From an uncultured virus (IMG/VR IMGVR_UViG_3300042520_001628) (lineage: Duplodnaviria; Heunggongvirae; Uroviricota; Caudoviricetes), in IMG/VR virus record IMGVR_UViG_3300042520_001628: 20,000 nt of DNA. One strand, 5' to 3'. Position numbers and translations under genes: made by a program. Shown one piece after another: positions 1 through 7,990 of this stretch. Numbering within the stretch: the first letter of the stretch is position 1; each line of letters begins with the position of its first letter. The notes beneath the pieces are model-generated. The model was given only the letters and a program-made list of their open reading frames with translations. It did no database searches and was not told the DNA's origin.

Positions 1-2
1 AA

Positions 3-641
3 ATTCTCAACGAAATCAATAGAGAAATCATTCGCGCAGTCTACGCTTCGGCTAAAGCTGGTGCTCAACAATCAGATCTTTCTAAAGCAGGCGATTATAG
101 CCTTGTATCAGACTCTGATGGTCGTTGGTCAGCAGAGCGTTATCGTGGTCTTATGTACCAAATCGAACGCGAAGCAAACGTAATTGCTAAAGAAACTCGT
201 AGAGGTAAGGGTAACTTTATTCTTTGCAGTGCAGATGTTGCATCAGCACTTGCAATGGGTGGATTCCTCAATCTCTCACCAGCACTCAATGTTCAAATGA
301 ATGTTGATGATACTGGTAACGTGTTTGCTGGTGTTCTTAACGGTAAATTTAAGGTTTATATCGATCCGTTCGTTCCAGCTGGCGTTGATTTCGTCTGTGT
401 TGGTTATAAGGGTCAATCACCATATGATGCTGGTATGTTCTACTGCCCATACGTTCCTCTCCAAATGGTACGTGCAGTTGGTGAAAATACCTTCCAGCCA
501 AAGATCGGCTTCAAGACTCGCTACGGCATGGTTGCAAATCCATTCGCTGGTGGTCGTACCGCTAATGTTGGTCTTGGTGATGGTCTAAACACCTACTACC
601 GTCTATTCCGTGTTATTGATCTTCACGGTAACTCAGCCTGA
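3..641 (+). CDS. gp23: T4-like major capsid protein gp23, C-terminal part (gene begins upstream of the window)
   Basis: The frame is open from position 3 (ILNEINREIIRAVY...DSDGRWSAERYRGL), so the ORF-track ATG at 153 is internal. It carries the gp23 motifs ETRRGKGNFILCSADVASAL, YDAGMFYCPYVPLQMVRAV and FQPKIGFKTRYGMVANPF. Ends TGA TAA. Confidence 0.98.
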   Translation: MLNEINREIIRAVYASAKAGAQQSDLSKAGDYSLVSDSDGRWSAERYRGLMYQIEREANVIAKETRRGKGNFILCSADVASALAMGGFLNLSPALNVQMNVDDTGNVFAGVLNGKFKVYIDPFVPAGVDFVCVGYKGQSPYDAGMFYCPYVPLQMVRAVGENTFQPKIGFKTRYGMVANPFAGGRTANVGLGDGLNTYYRLFRVIDLHGNSA

Positions 642-669
642 TAATCAGGACTGATTGAAAAAATAAAAG

Positions 670-705
670 CAAAGGGTTGGGTAAAACCAACCCTTTGTTA
701 TTTTT
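670..705 (+). terminator. Rho-independent terminator after gp23
   Basis: Perfect 11-bp stem CAAAGGGTTGG (670-680) / CCAACCCTTTG (687-697) with a GTAAAA loop, followed by TTATTTTT. An A-rich run upstream suggests it may be bidirectional. Confidence 0.92.
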
Positions 706-712
706 ATAAATA
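705..712 (+). promoter_or_regulatory. T4-type (gp55-dependent) late promoter for gp3
   Basis: Exact TATAAATA immediately after the terminator, ending 5 nt before the ATG at 718. Confidence 0.85.
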
Positions 713-717
713 TTGGT

Positions 718-1272
718 ATGGGATTTAATAATATACCAGATTCTGTTAAACAATATTTACCTGGAGATTTTTTAACATCAAATCCATCTATTCCAGTAAA
801 TACTAATTTTTTAACCAATAATAAATTTATTTTTATTCTTGATCGATGTCCTACATTAGTATATTTTTGCCAAAGAGCCAACGTACCATCCGTATCTTTG
901 GGTATTTCTATACAGAATACTCCAACAGCAATTCAAATACAAAGACCTGGTACAAATGTTACTTTAGAAGAATTTCAAGTTGGATTTGCTATCGATGAGG
1001 ATTTATTAAATTGGCGAGAGATTCATGATTGGATAAAAGCAATAACATATTATGGAAATAATTGTTCAATTCTTAAAGAAGAACAACAAACTTCAAATGC
1101 TTCGCTATTGATCCTAAATAGTTCATATAGACCATTTTTAAAAGTCAGATTCTATGATATTTTCCCAACTTTCTTAAGTGGTATTGATTTTGATACAACA
1201 TTACCAGATACAGATAATATTATTGCTTCTGTAAATTTTGCGTATTCTTATTTTGACTTAGAAACTCTTTAA
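718..1272 (+). CDS. gp3: Tail completion / tail tube terminator protein (gp3-like)
   Basis: Motifs NFLTNNKFIFILDRCPTLVYFCQRANVPSVSLG, FAIDEDLLNWREIHDWI and FYDIFPTFLSGIDFD...ASVNFAYSYF. Conserved position between gp23 and uvsY. Confidence 0.88.
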   Translation: MGFNNIPDSVKQYLPGDFLTSNPSIPVNTNFLTNNKFIFILDRCPTLVYFCQRANVPSVSLGISIQNTPTAIQIQRPGTNVTLEEFQVGFAIDEDLLNWREIHDWIKAITYYGNNCSILKEEQQTSNASLLILNSSYRPFLKVRFYDIFPTFLSGIDFDTTLPDTDNIIASVNFAYSYFDLETL

Positions 1273-1281
1273 TTATATAAT
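1253..1281 (+). promoter_or_regulatory. Sigma70-type promoter for uvsY-uvsW
   Basis: TTGACT (1253-1258), a 17-nt spacer, then TATAAT (1276-1281). The uvsY ATG is at 1291. Confidence 0.75.
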
Positions 1282-1290
1282 TTTTTTATT

Positions 1291-1728
1291 ATGACTATAA
1301 ATGAATTGAAAAAATTAGTAGAAAAAGATCTTGAGATTGATTCAACAGAGTTAGGATCTGAAGCATTAAGATCACCACAATTACATAATAAGTATTTGTG
1401 TTTTTTACTTGATGAAAAACATAATCTAAATCTTATGGAATCAATCTTAAAAATTACAGAAAAAGATAAATGGCTTTACTATACAGGTAAAATGAGTGAA
1501 GAAGATCTCAAAAAACATAATTGGGAACCCTTTGACCTTGCAGTTATAAAACAAGATGTTGACCGTTTTATAGAAGCTGATAAACAGTATTCTGATATCA
1601 AAATCAAAGTTGAACAGCAACGAGAAAAGGTAAATTACTTAGAAAATGTCATTAAGATAATGTCCAATCGTGGATGGAATATCAAATCTGCCATTGAGTG
1701 GGTTAAATTTACTCAAGGTCTTTCATGA
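1291..1728 (+). CDS. uvsY: Recombination mediator UvsY
   Basis: 145 aa with DLEIDSTEL..EALRSPQLHNKYL, KWLYYTGK and RGWNIKSAIEWVKFTQG. Lies directly upstream of uvsW. Confidence 0.93.
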   Translation: MTINELKKLVEKDLEIDSTELGSEALRSPQLHNKYLCFLLDEKHNLNLMESILKITEKDKWLYYTGKMSEEDLKKHNWEPFDLAVIKQDVDRFIEADKQYSDIKIKVEQQREKVNYLENVIKIMSNRGWNIKSAIEWVKFTQGLS

Positions 1729-3185
1729 TTGAAATAGAAAAAGTAGATGAAAGTTTTATAAAAATAAAATGCGAAGAAGATATCGCACGAGAACTTTCAT
1801 CCTTTTTCACATTTAAAGTACCAAATCATGAGTATTCACCAGCCTATAGAAAAAAGAAGTGGGATGGTAAAATTAGATTATTTAATTTGGGATCTAAGAC
1901 AATATACGCTGGTTTATTAGACTACATAATCAAATTTCTTGAAGAAAGAAATTACTCATATCAGATAAATTTTGATCAATGTAGGATAGAAGAATCTTCT
2001 ATTGATGAATGGATTTCTCAGCAAAAAATTTATTCAAATAAAAAAGAATTGAAACCACATGATTATCAAATAGATGCCATTAAAAAAGCACTAACAAAGC
2101 AAAGAATATTACTTCTTTCACCAACTGGTAGTGGAAAATCATTAATAATTTATCTAATATTAAAATATCTTTTAGAAAAAGATCAAAAAAAATATTTAAT
2201 TGTAGTACCAACAACTGGTCTTGTAAATCAATTATATAATGATTTTGCTGATTATTCAAATAAAGATGTAAAATTTTTACAAAAAATTCATACAATTTTT
2301 GCTGGTAAAGAAAAAATAACAACAAAAAGAATTATTATATCTACGTGGCAAAGTATTTTTAAAGAGCCAGAGTCATTTTTTAATGAATTCGATGGAATCT
2401 TTGGTGATGAATGTCATTTATTCAAAGCAAAATCTTTATCTTTACTTGTTCGTAAAATGAAGCAAACAAAATACCGTATAGGAACTACAGGTACACTAGA
2501 TAATACAGAAGCTCATAAACTAATTATAGAGGGTTTATTTGGTAGGTCTTATGCAGTAACTACAACCAAAGAATTAATTGATGATAATATCTTATCAAAA
2601 TTAAATATTAATAACATATTATTGTCTTATAACCAATTTCCAAAAAAACCATTATATGCACAAGAAATAGAATGGTTAATTACAAATGAATATAGAAATA
2701 ATTTTATAGCTGATTTAGCATCTAAAATTAAAGGTAATGTTCTTGTACTCTATAATTTTGTAGAAAAACATGGTATTCCTCTTTATACTAAGATAAAACA
2801 AAAGAATAAAAAAGATGTTTTTCAAATTCATGGAAAAACTGATATAGAAGAACGAGAACTAATAAGAAATATTGTTAATAATCATACCAATAGTGTTCTT
2901 GTTGCATCTTACGGAACATGTAGCACTGGTATTAATATTAAAAATATCAATGCTATTATTTTTGCTTCTCCCTCTAAATCAGTTGTGCGCGTCTTACAAT
3001 CAATCGGTCGAGGATTAAGAAAATCTGAAACCAAAGATAATGTTGTAGTATACGATATTAGTGATGATTTACACTATAAATCATATCGAAACCATACGCT
3101 AAGACATATGGATGAGCGTTTGACCATATATAATAATGAGAAGTTCACATATAAAACTATAAAAGTGAAGCTAGGAGACATATGA
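1725..3185 (+). CDS. uvsW: UvsW SF2 DNA/RNA-DNA helicase
   Basis: N-terminal WDGKIRLF, Walker A SPTGSGKS, DECH box, motif III GTTGTLD, STGINIKNI and motif VI QSIGRGLR. ATGA overlap with uvsY. Confidence 0.97.
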   Translation: MIEIEKVDESFIKIKCEEDIARELSSFFTFKVPNHEYSPAYRKKKWDGKIRLFNLGSKTIYAGLLDYIIKFLEERNYSYQINFDQCRIEESSIDEWISQQKIYSNKKELKPHDYQIDAIKKALTKQRILLLSPTGSGKSLIIYLILKYLLEKDQKKYLIVVPTTGLVNQLYNDFADYSNKDVKFLQKIHTIFAGKEKITTKRIIISTWQSIFKEPESFFNEFDGIFGDECHLFKAKSLSLLVRKMKQTKYRIGTTGTLDNTEAHKLIIEGLFGRSYAVTTTKELIDDNILSKLNINNILLSYNQFPKKPLYAQEIEWLITNEYRNNFIADLASKIKGNVLVLYNFVEKHGIPLYTKIKQKNKKDVFQIHGKTDIEERELIRNIVNNHTNSVLVASYGTCSTGINIKNINAIIFASPSKSVVRVLQSIGRGLRKSETKDNVVVYDISDDLHYKSYRNHTLRHMDERLTIYNNEKFTYKTIKVKLGDI

Positions 3186-3910
3186 ACAAGAATACAAAAA
3201 TCTTCAAACTAGTTAGTGGTGAAGAAATAATTGGTAATCTTTTAAATAATGACAGTGATTCTGTTCTTAAAATTGAAAATCCTATGGTTTTTAAAACAGC
3301 AACTATGTTGGACACAAGAGGTGTGCCACACGATGTTACAATCTTAAAGGATTGGATGTATCGATCAGATGAAAAAATAGCAGATCTACCGAAAGAACAA
3401 ATTTCAATTTTATTCAATCCAAACGAAAAAACTTTAGAATTATATAAAATTGAAATATCTAAAAATGACACATCATCCCAAAAAATTCTTGATACAGATG
3501 AATTAAAAAATAATTTTGTGAATCCTCTTGATAATATTATGGATTCTTTTATGAATAATTTGACAGATCTTGCTAGACAGGAACCATCAAGAAAAAGACG
3601 TAAATCTAAAAAGAGAAGACCACCACCAGAACAAGATGAAATATCACTAGAAGCCTTAATTCCAGACGAACTTAAGGAAAGACCTATGATTTATCTTTCT
3701 ATGGTCATACCACCAGAGTGTATAATGAATTTACTAACCGCTGGTATTTTAGATCCAGAACAATTATTAGAAATAATTGAAGAAGTAAAGAAAAAAAATA
3801 ATTTTACTGGTGATGAGAAGAAGAGAGAAGATTTTGGTAATAAGTTATCTGATTGGAATCCAGATCCAAAATCTGCTGATTATAATGAAGAGGATCCACT
3901 AGATTCTTGA
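3182..3910 (+). CDS. Conserved hypothetical protein between uvsW and gp55; N-terminal Sm/SH3-like beta domain with a charged C-terminal extension
   Basis: The N-terminus KIFKLVSGEEIIG...LKIENPM resembles Sm-like ORFs at this position in aquatic T4-like phages. AGGAG Shine-Dalgarno upstream and ATGA overlap with uvsW. Confidence 0.7.
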   Translation: MNKNTKIFKLVSGEEIIGNLLNNDSDSVLKIENPMVFKTATMLDTRGVPHDVTILKDWMYRSDEKIADLPKEQISILFNPNEKTLELYKIEISKNDTSSQKILDTDELKNNFVNPLDNIMDSFMNNLTDLARQEPSRKRRKSKKRRPPPEQDEISLEALIPDELKERPMIYLSMVIPPECIMNLLTAGILDPEQLLEIIEEVKKKNNFTGDEKKREDFGNKLSDWNPDPKSADYNEEDPLDS

Positions 3911-3969
3911 TTACTTACTATTAGTAACTAAGTATGTTTACTTTATCCCTTTCTCTCCCCACAAGGGGA

Positions 3970-3997
3970 ATTATAATAGACTTTTAAAAACTGTCAA
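3970..3997 (-). promoter_or_regulatory. Antisense sigma70-consensus promoter, divergent from the gp55 promoter
   Basis: The minus strand reads TTGACA (3997-3992), a 16-nt spacer, then TATAAT (3975-3970). Both hexamers are perfect consensus. Confidence 0.7.
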
Positions 3998-4005
3998 GTA
4001 AAAAC

Positions 4006-4033
4006 TTGAAATTTTACAGGAATCTGTTATAAT
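4006..4033 (+). promoter_or_regulatory. Sigma70-type promoter for gp55-gp47-gp46
   Basis: TTGAAA (4006-4011), a 16-nt spacer, then TATAAT (4028-4033) preceded by an extended -10 TG (TGTTATAAT). Confidence 0.75.
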
Positions 4034-4049
4034 GAAAGAGGAGTACAAA

Positions 4050-4613
4050 ATGGCAGAAGATATAGTAGAAAAAGAATTAAAATCATTAAGACATTACGTT
4101 GATAACCAAAAATTCCTTAAATCCATGAATGAATGGAAAAAGGAAGTCAAAAAGGCCGAAAAGAAAGGTCAGAAGCGACCCCCGGTAACGGATTATATAG
4201 CAGAATGCTTTATAATGATCGCTGAACATCTTTCTCAACGGCCTAATTTTATTAATTATCCTTTTAGAGAAGATATGGTTGGTGATGGTATAGAAAATTG
4301 TATAGCATACGCTCACAATTTTGATTCAGAGAAATCATCAAATCCATTCTCATATTTTACACAAATAATTTATTACGCTTTTTTGCGTCGAATAGAAAGA
4401 GAAAAGAAACAATCTTTCATAAAATATAAATGCTTACAGATGAATGATGTTGATGGAAAATTTGTAGATTGGCTACAAAATAATCAAGGATCATCTACTT
4501 TTGGTGAATTTCTTCAACACACATTTTTCTTATCTGAAAACGATATAGAAAAAATGGAAGCCAAAGAAAAAGTAAAGAAAAAACGTGGTAAAAAATCAAA
4601 AAAGAAATCATGA
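4050..4613 (+). CDS. gp55: Late transcription sigma factor gp55
   Basis: Motifs HYVDNQKFL, YIAECFIMIAEHLSQRPNFINYPFREDMVGDGIENC and NPFSYFTQIIYYAFLRRIEREKKQ. Start moved from 4032 (inside the -10 box) to ATG 4050, which has a GAGGAG SD at 4038-4043. Confidence 0.97.
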   Translation: MAEDIVEKELKSLRHYVDNQKFLKSMNEWKKEVKKAEKKGQKRPPVTDYIAECFIMIAEHLSQRPNFINYPFREDMVGDGIENCIAYAHNFDSEKSSNPFSYFTQIIYYAFLRRIEREKKQSFIKYKCLQMNDVDGKFVDWLQNNQGSSTFGEFLQHTFFLSENDIEKMEAKEKVKKKRGKKSKKKS

Positions 4614-5674
4614 AAATTGCTATTATTTCAGATACACATTTTGGAGTTCGTAATGATTCTCCGATATTTTTAAATTATTCTTTGGATTATTTTGAAAATA
4701 TATTTTTTCCATATTTAAGAGAAAATAATATTACAAATGTAATTCATATGGGTGATTTACTTGATCGTAGAAAGTATGTTAATTTCAATACTTTAGGTCA
4801 AGTAAGAACCAGATTTATGAATAAATTTGATGAATATGGTATTACATTACATATCACTTTAGGAAATCATGATGTTTTTTATAAAAATTCAAATCATGTA
4901 AATTCTATAAAAGAATTATTTTCCTATGGATATAATAATATTAAATTATATGAAGAACCATCTGATATTGTATTTGACGGCATGTGTATAGGCATAGTTC
5001 CATGGATTACTCCAGAAAATTTTGATGATTGTGTGAATTTCATTCAAAATAATTCATGTTCTATTCTATGTGGTCATTTTGAGATCAATGGATTTGAAGT
5101 TATTTCTGGTATTCGACATGAAGGCGGTGTAGAAAGTTTTATCTTCAATAATTATGATAAAGTATTTTCTGGTCATTTTCATTTGAAACAAACACACAAA
5201 AATATTCATTATCTCGGCACACAATACCAGTTATCTTTTGCTGATGTTGGAAGCAAAAAAGGTTTTCATGTATTTGATACACAAACCAGAGAAATAACCT
5301 TTATAGAGAATAAAAAGAATCTGTTTTATACTCTTCGATATGATGATGGTGATGAAGCTTTCGTCAAGGCATTAACAAAAGCAAAATATGATAAGTACAA
5401 AGACTCATATATCAAAATTGTTGTTGTAAATAAGAAAAATTCAAAACTTCTAGATACGATGGTAGATTCTTTAAATTCTGTGGGTGTTTACGGAATTCAA
5501 ATTATTGAGGATACCAGTATCTCATCAAAAATGGATGATACAGAAGTAGATGTAAGCGAAGATACAATCACAATTATTTCGAAGGAAATAGATGGAATGG
5601 AACAAATAGAAGACAAAAATAAGTTAAAACTTATTATTAAGGATCTTTATATGGAGAGTCTTAGTAGTGAATAA
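4610..5674 (+). CDS. gp47: Recombination endonuclease subunit gp47 (Mre11/SbcD-like)
   Basis: Metallophosphoesterase motifs DTHFG, GDLLD, GNHD, GHFE and SGHFH. Confidence 0.96.
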   Translation: MKIAIISDTHFGVRNDSPIFLNYSLDYFENIFFPYLRENNITNVIHMGDLLDRRKYVNFNTLGQVRTRFMNKFDEYGITLHITLGNHDVFYKNSNHVNSIKELFSYGYNNIKLYEEPSDIVFDGMCIGIVPWITPENFDDCVNFIQNNSCSILCGHFEINGFEVISGIRHEGGVESFIFNNYDKVFSGHFHLKQTHKNIHYLGTQYQLSFADVGSKKGFHVFDTQTREITFIENKKNLFYTLRYDDGDEAFVKALTKAKYDKYKDSYIKIVVVNKKNSKLLDTMVDSLNSVGVYGIQIIEDTSISSKMDDTEVDVSEDTITIISKEIDGMEQIEDKNKLKLIIKDLYMESLSSE

Positions 5675-5786
5675 TGATAAAAAAACAGCTGACGAGTTAT
5701 TGTTTGAAGAAGAAAAACCAGTATTTAGATCAATGGTAGCGGAAGGTGTACTTTTAAATGATATTATTCAAAAAGATAAAGTTTAA
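5667..5786 (+). CDS. Possible 39-aa hypothetical protein bridging gp47 and gp46
   Basis: A GTG-started open frame (MNNDKKTADELLFEEEKPVFRSMVAEGVLLNDIIQKDKV) fills the 83-nt gap, with GGAG at 5653-5656. It is not in the ORF track. Confidence 0.35.
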   Translation: MNNDKKTADELLFEEEKPVFRSMVAEGVLLNDIIQKDKV

Positions 5787-7476
5787 GAATTTTGGTTCTT
5801 TTGGTAATAATTGGACTGAAATCGATTTAAATAAAAATTCCACAACATTAGTCTGTGGTACAAATGGTAGTGGTAAATCATTCGCTTTGCTTGATACTAT
5901 TACATTTGCATTATTCGGTAAACCATTTAGAAAAATTAATTTAGCACAATTGAATAATTCGATCAACAAGAAAAATTGCACTGTCGAATTAGAATTTTCT
6001 ATTGATAAGGATGACTATAAAATTATTCGTGGTTTATCTCCAAAAATCTTTGAGATACACAGAAACAATAAATTGATCAATCAAGATTCTAAAAATATTG
6101 ATTATCAAGATGTTCTCGAAGAACAAATCCTGAAAATGAATTACAAAACATTCACACAGGTAGTAATTTTAGGAAGTTCTGCTTTTATACCGTTCATGCA
6201 ACTCACGGCTTCAGACAGAAGAGCCGTAATAGAAAATATTCTTGATATTAATATTTTCACAACAATGAATGTTATTCTTAAGACAAAGGTTACTATTGCA
6301 AAAGAAAATATTACAGATATTGTAAATAAAATAGAACTACAGAAACAGAAAGTTGAATATCAGCAAAAAATTGTAGATAATCTAACATTACGTCTTAACA
6401 ATGATGTTAAGAAGATTCAGGAAGAAATAGATCACCACACAATAGAAGAAAATAATTATTTACAAGAAATTGAAAAATTACAACAAGAAAAAAATTCTAT
6501 AGAATTAAATAGTAAGATACAAGATATTTTGAATCTTTTTAAACAGAATGAAACTACAATATCGCAATTTACATTTAAGATATCTGATCTAGAAAAAGAA
6601 ATTAAGTTTTATGAAAAAACAGAGAATTGTCCTAAGTGCAAAACACATTTATCAGAGAGTCTAAAGAAAGAAAATATTGATTCGTTAACAGATAATATTA
6701 CTTCGTTAGAAACTAAAATAAATTCTTTGGCAGAATTAAATACAGATAATCAAAAAATTATCTCAACAGAACAAAAAAATAAAACAAGAATAGCCAATAT
6801 TGAAGGTAATATTAAAGATATAAATTCTTCCATAAGAGAAGTAAAATCTTTGATTGCATATAAAAATAAACAACTTCAAGAATCAACAAAAATAGAAATA
6901 GATTTATCTAGAGAAAAAGCAGTTCTCAAAATGGAAAAATCTGAATTACTTAAATTAAGTAAAGAATCTGAAGTATTAAAAGAAGATTTATCTTATCTTA
7001 AGTTGGCTGGTGATATTCTAAAAGACAATGGTGTTAAGATTAAAATAATTAAACACTATTTGCCTTCTATGAATAAGTTCATCAATAAGTATCTAAGATC
7101 TATGGATTTCTTCATTCAGTTCAATATAGATGAAGAATTTAATGAGGTTATAAAAAGTAGACACAGAGATGAATTCAGTTATATGAATTTTAGCGAAGGT
7201 GAAAAGATGCGTATTGATTTAGCACTTCTATTAGCATGGAGAGAAATCGCTAAAATGAAAAATAGTGTAAACTGCAATTTGCTTATTTTAGATGAAATTT
7301 TTGATTCTTCTCTTGATTCTGTAGGAACAGACGAAGTTTTAAGATTGTTGAATGCTCTTGGGGTAAAAACAAATGTATTTGTAATAAGCCATAAGGCAGA
7401 TCAAATAGTCGATAAGTTTACGAATACAATAACTTTTGAGAAGAAGAATAATTTTAGTAAAATGACCATTTCATAA
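5758..7476 (+). CDS. gp46: Recombination ATPase subunit gp46 (Rad50/SbcC-like)
   Basis: Walker A GTNGSGKS, long coiled coil with zinc hook CPKC, signature FSEGEKMRIDL, Walker B LILDEIFDSSLD and H-loop VISHK. Confidence 0.97.
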   Translation: MILFKKIKFKNFGSFGNNWTEIDLNKNSTTLVCGTNGSGKSFALLDTITFALFGKPFRKINLAQLNNSINKKNCTVELEFSIDKDDYKIIRGLSPKIFEIHRNNKLINQDSKNIDYQDVLEEQILKMNYKTFTQVVILGSSAFIPFMQLTASDRRAVIENILDINIFTTMNVILKTKVTIAKENITDIVNKIELQKQKVEYQQKIVDNLTLRLNNDVKKIQEEIDHHTIEENNYLQEIEKLQQEKNSIELNSKIQDILNLFKQNETTISQFTFKISDLEKEIKFYEKTENCPKCKTHLSESLKKENIDSLTDNITSLETKINSLAELNTDNQKIISTEQKNKTRIANIEGNIKDINSSIREVKSLIAYKNKQLQESTKIEIDLSREKAVLKMEKSELLKLSKESEVLKEDLSYLKLAGDILKDNGVKIKIIKHYLPSMNKFINKYLRSMDFFIQFNIDEEFNEVIKSRHRDEFSYMNFSEGEKMRIDLALLLAWREIAKMKNSVNCNLLILDEIFDSSLDSVGTDEVLRLLNALGVKTNVFVISHKADQIVDKFTNTITFEKKNNFSKMTIS

Positions 7477-7479
7477 ATA
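7472..7479 (+). promoter_or_regulatory. Probable late promoter (CATAAATA) for ORF 7485-7802
   Basis: An NATAAATA box overlapping the gp46 stop, ending 5 nt before the ATG. This is the same geometry as the gp3 promoter. Confidence 0.6.
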
Positions 7480-7484
7480 TTATT

Positions 7485-7802
7485 ATGAGTAATCCTGATA
7501 AACTTAATTATAGAGGAAATTTTAAAGAATATGATTCCCGTGGGTATGAAATAACATATAATGTGGGGGATGTCGTTCTTTATGATGGTAAAGAATATAT
7601 TGCCATAGAGAGAAACAAAAGATCTCTTCCAATAAAGAAAAATTCTGGATGGAAAGAACTCTCTGGTGATATAGAAGATTATCATTATTCTGACAGTATT
7701 CCCCTAAATGCTAATGTCGGGGATAGATGGGTTGACAGATTAACTGGTGTGATGTATACTTACATTGAAGATAAAAATGGATTTCATTGGGTAGAATTTT
7801 AA
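7485..7802 (+). CDS. Small aromatic-rich protein with a CBM5/12-like carbohydrate-binding motif; probable virion accessory protein
   Basis: YNVGDVVLYDGKEYIA...P....GW fits the CBM5/12 (ChtBD3) pattern. The second module PLNANVGDRWVDRLTGVMYTY...WV resembles repeats in phage fibre and structural proteins. Confidence 0.6.
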   Translation: MSNPDKLNYRGNFKEYDSRGYEITYNVGDVVLYDGKEYIAIERNKRSLPIKKNSGWKELSGDIEDYHYSDSIPLNANVGDRWVDRLTGVMYTYIEDKNGFHWVEF

Positions 7803-7981
7803 TGGACAAGAATAAAAATCAACAACCAAAACCACGAACGGATCGTGGAGTTCATAACAAAGAAAAGAATGGAAAGAAGCATCGACTCAAGCAAGATCTG
7901 CGTAATTACGTAGGTAATACTAATGATCTTGATGAGTTTGATGACTTTGATGAAGTTGAAAATTTTGAAGAATTTAAATGA
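7802..7981 (+). CDS. 59-aa hypothetical protein with a basic N-terminal half and an acidic/Phe C-terminal tail
   Basis: ATG 7802 overlaps the upstream stop (TAATG), making it a better start than 7787. Sequence MDKNKNQQPKPR...DLDEFDDFDEVENFEEFK. Confidence 0.65.
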   Translation: MDKNKNQQPKPRTDRGVHNKEKNGKKHRLKQDLRNYVGNTNDLDEFDDFDEVENFEEFK

Positions 7982-7990
7982 AAGATTACT

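Noticed and set aside
301..588. Alternative-frame + strand ORFs (301-588, 9000-9257, 10636-10830)
   Set aside because: They lie wholly inside well-supported genes (gp23, gp44, GT10) and show no recognisable motifs, so they are shadow frames.
639..660. Stop-codon readthrough or alternative genetic code at the end of gp23
   Set aside because: TGA is immediately followed by in-frame TAA, and all genes read intact under the standard code.
4032..4049. ORF-track start of gp55 at 4032
   Set aside because: That ATG overlaps the -10 box TATAAT, whereas ATG 4050 has a well-spaced GAGGAG SD.
7921..7981. GATGAGTTTGATGACTTTGATGAAGTTGAA as a DNA tandem repeat or CRISPR-like array
   Set aside because: It is explained by codons of the acidic D/E-F peptide tail and has no repeat-spacer structure.
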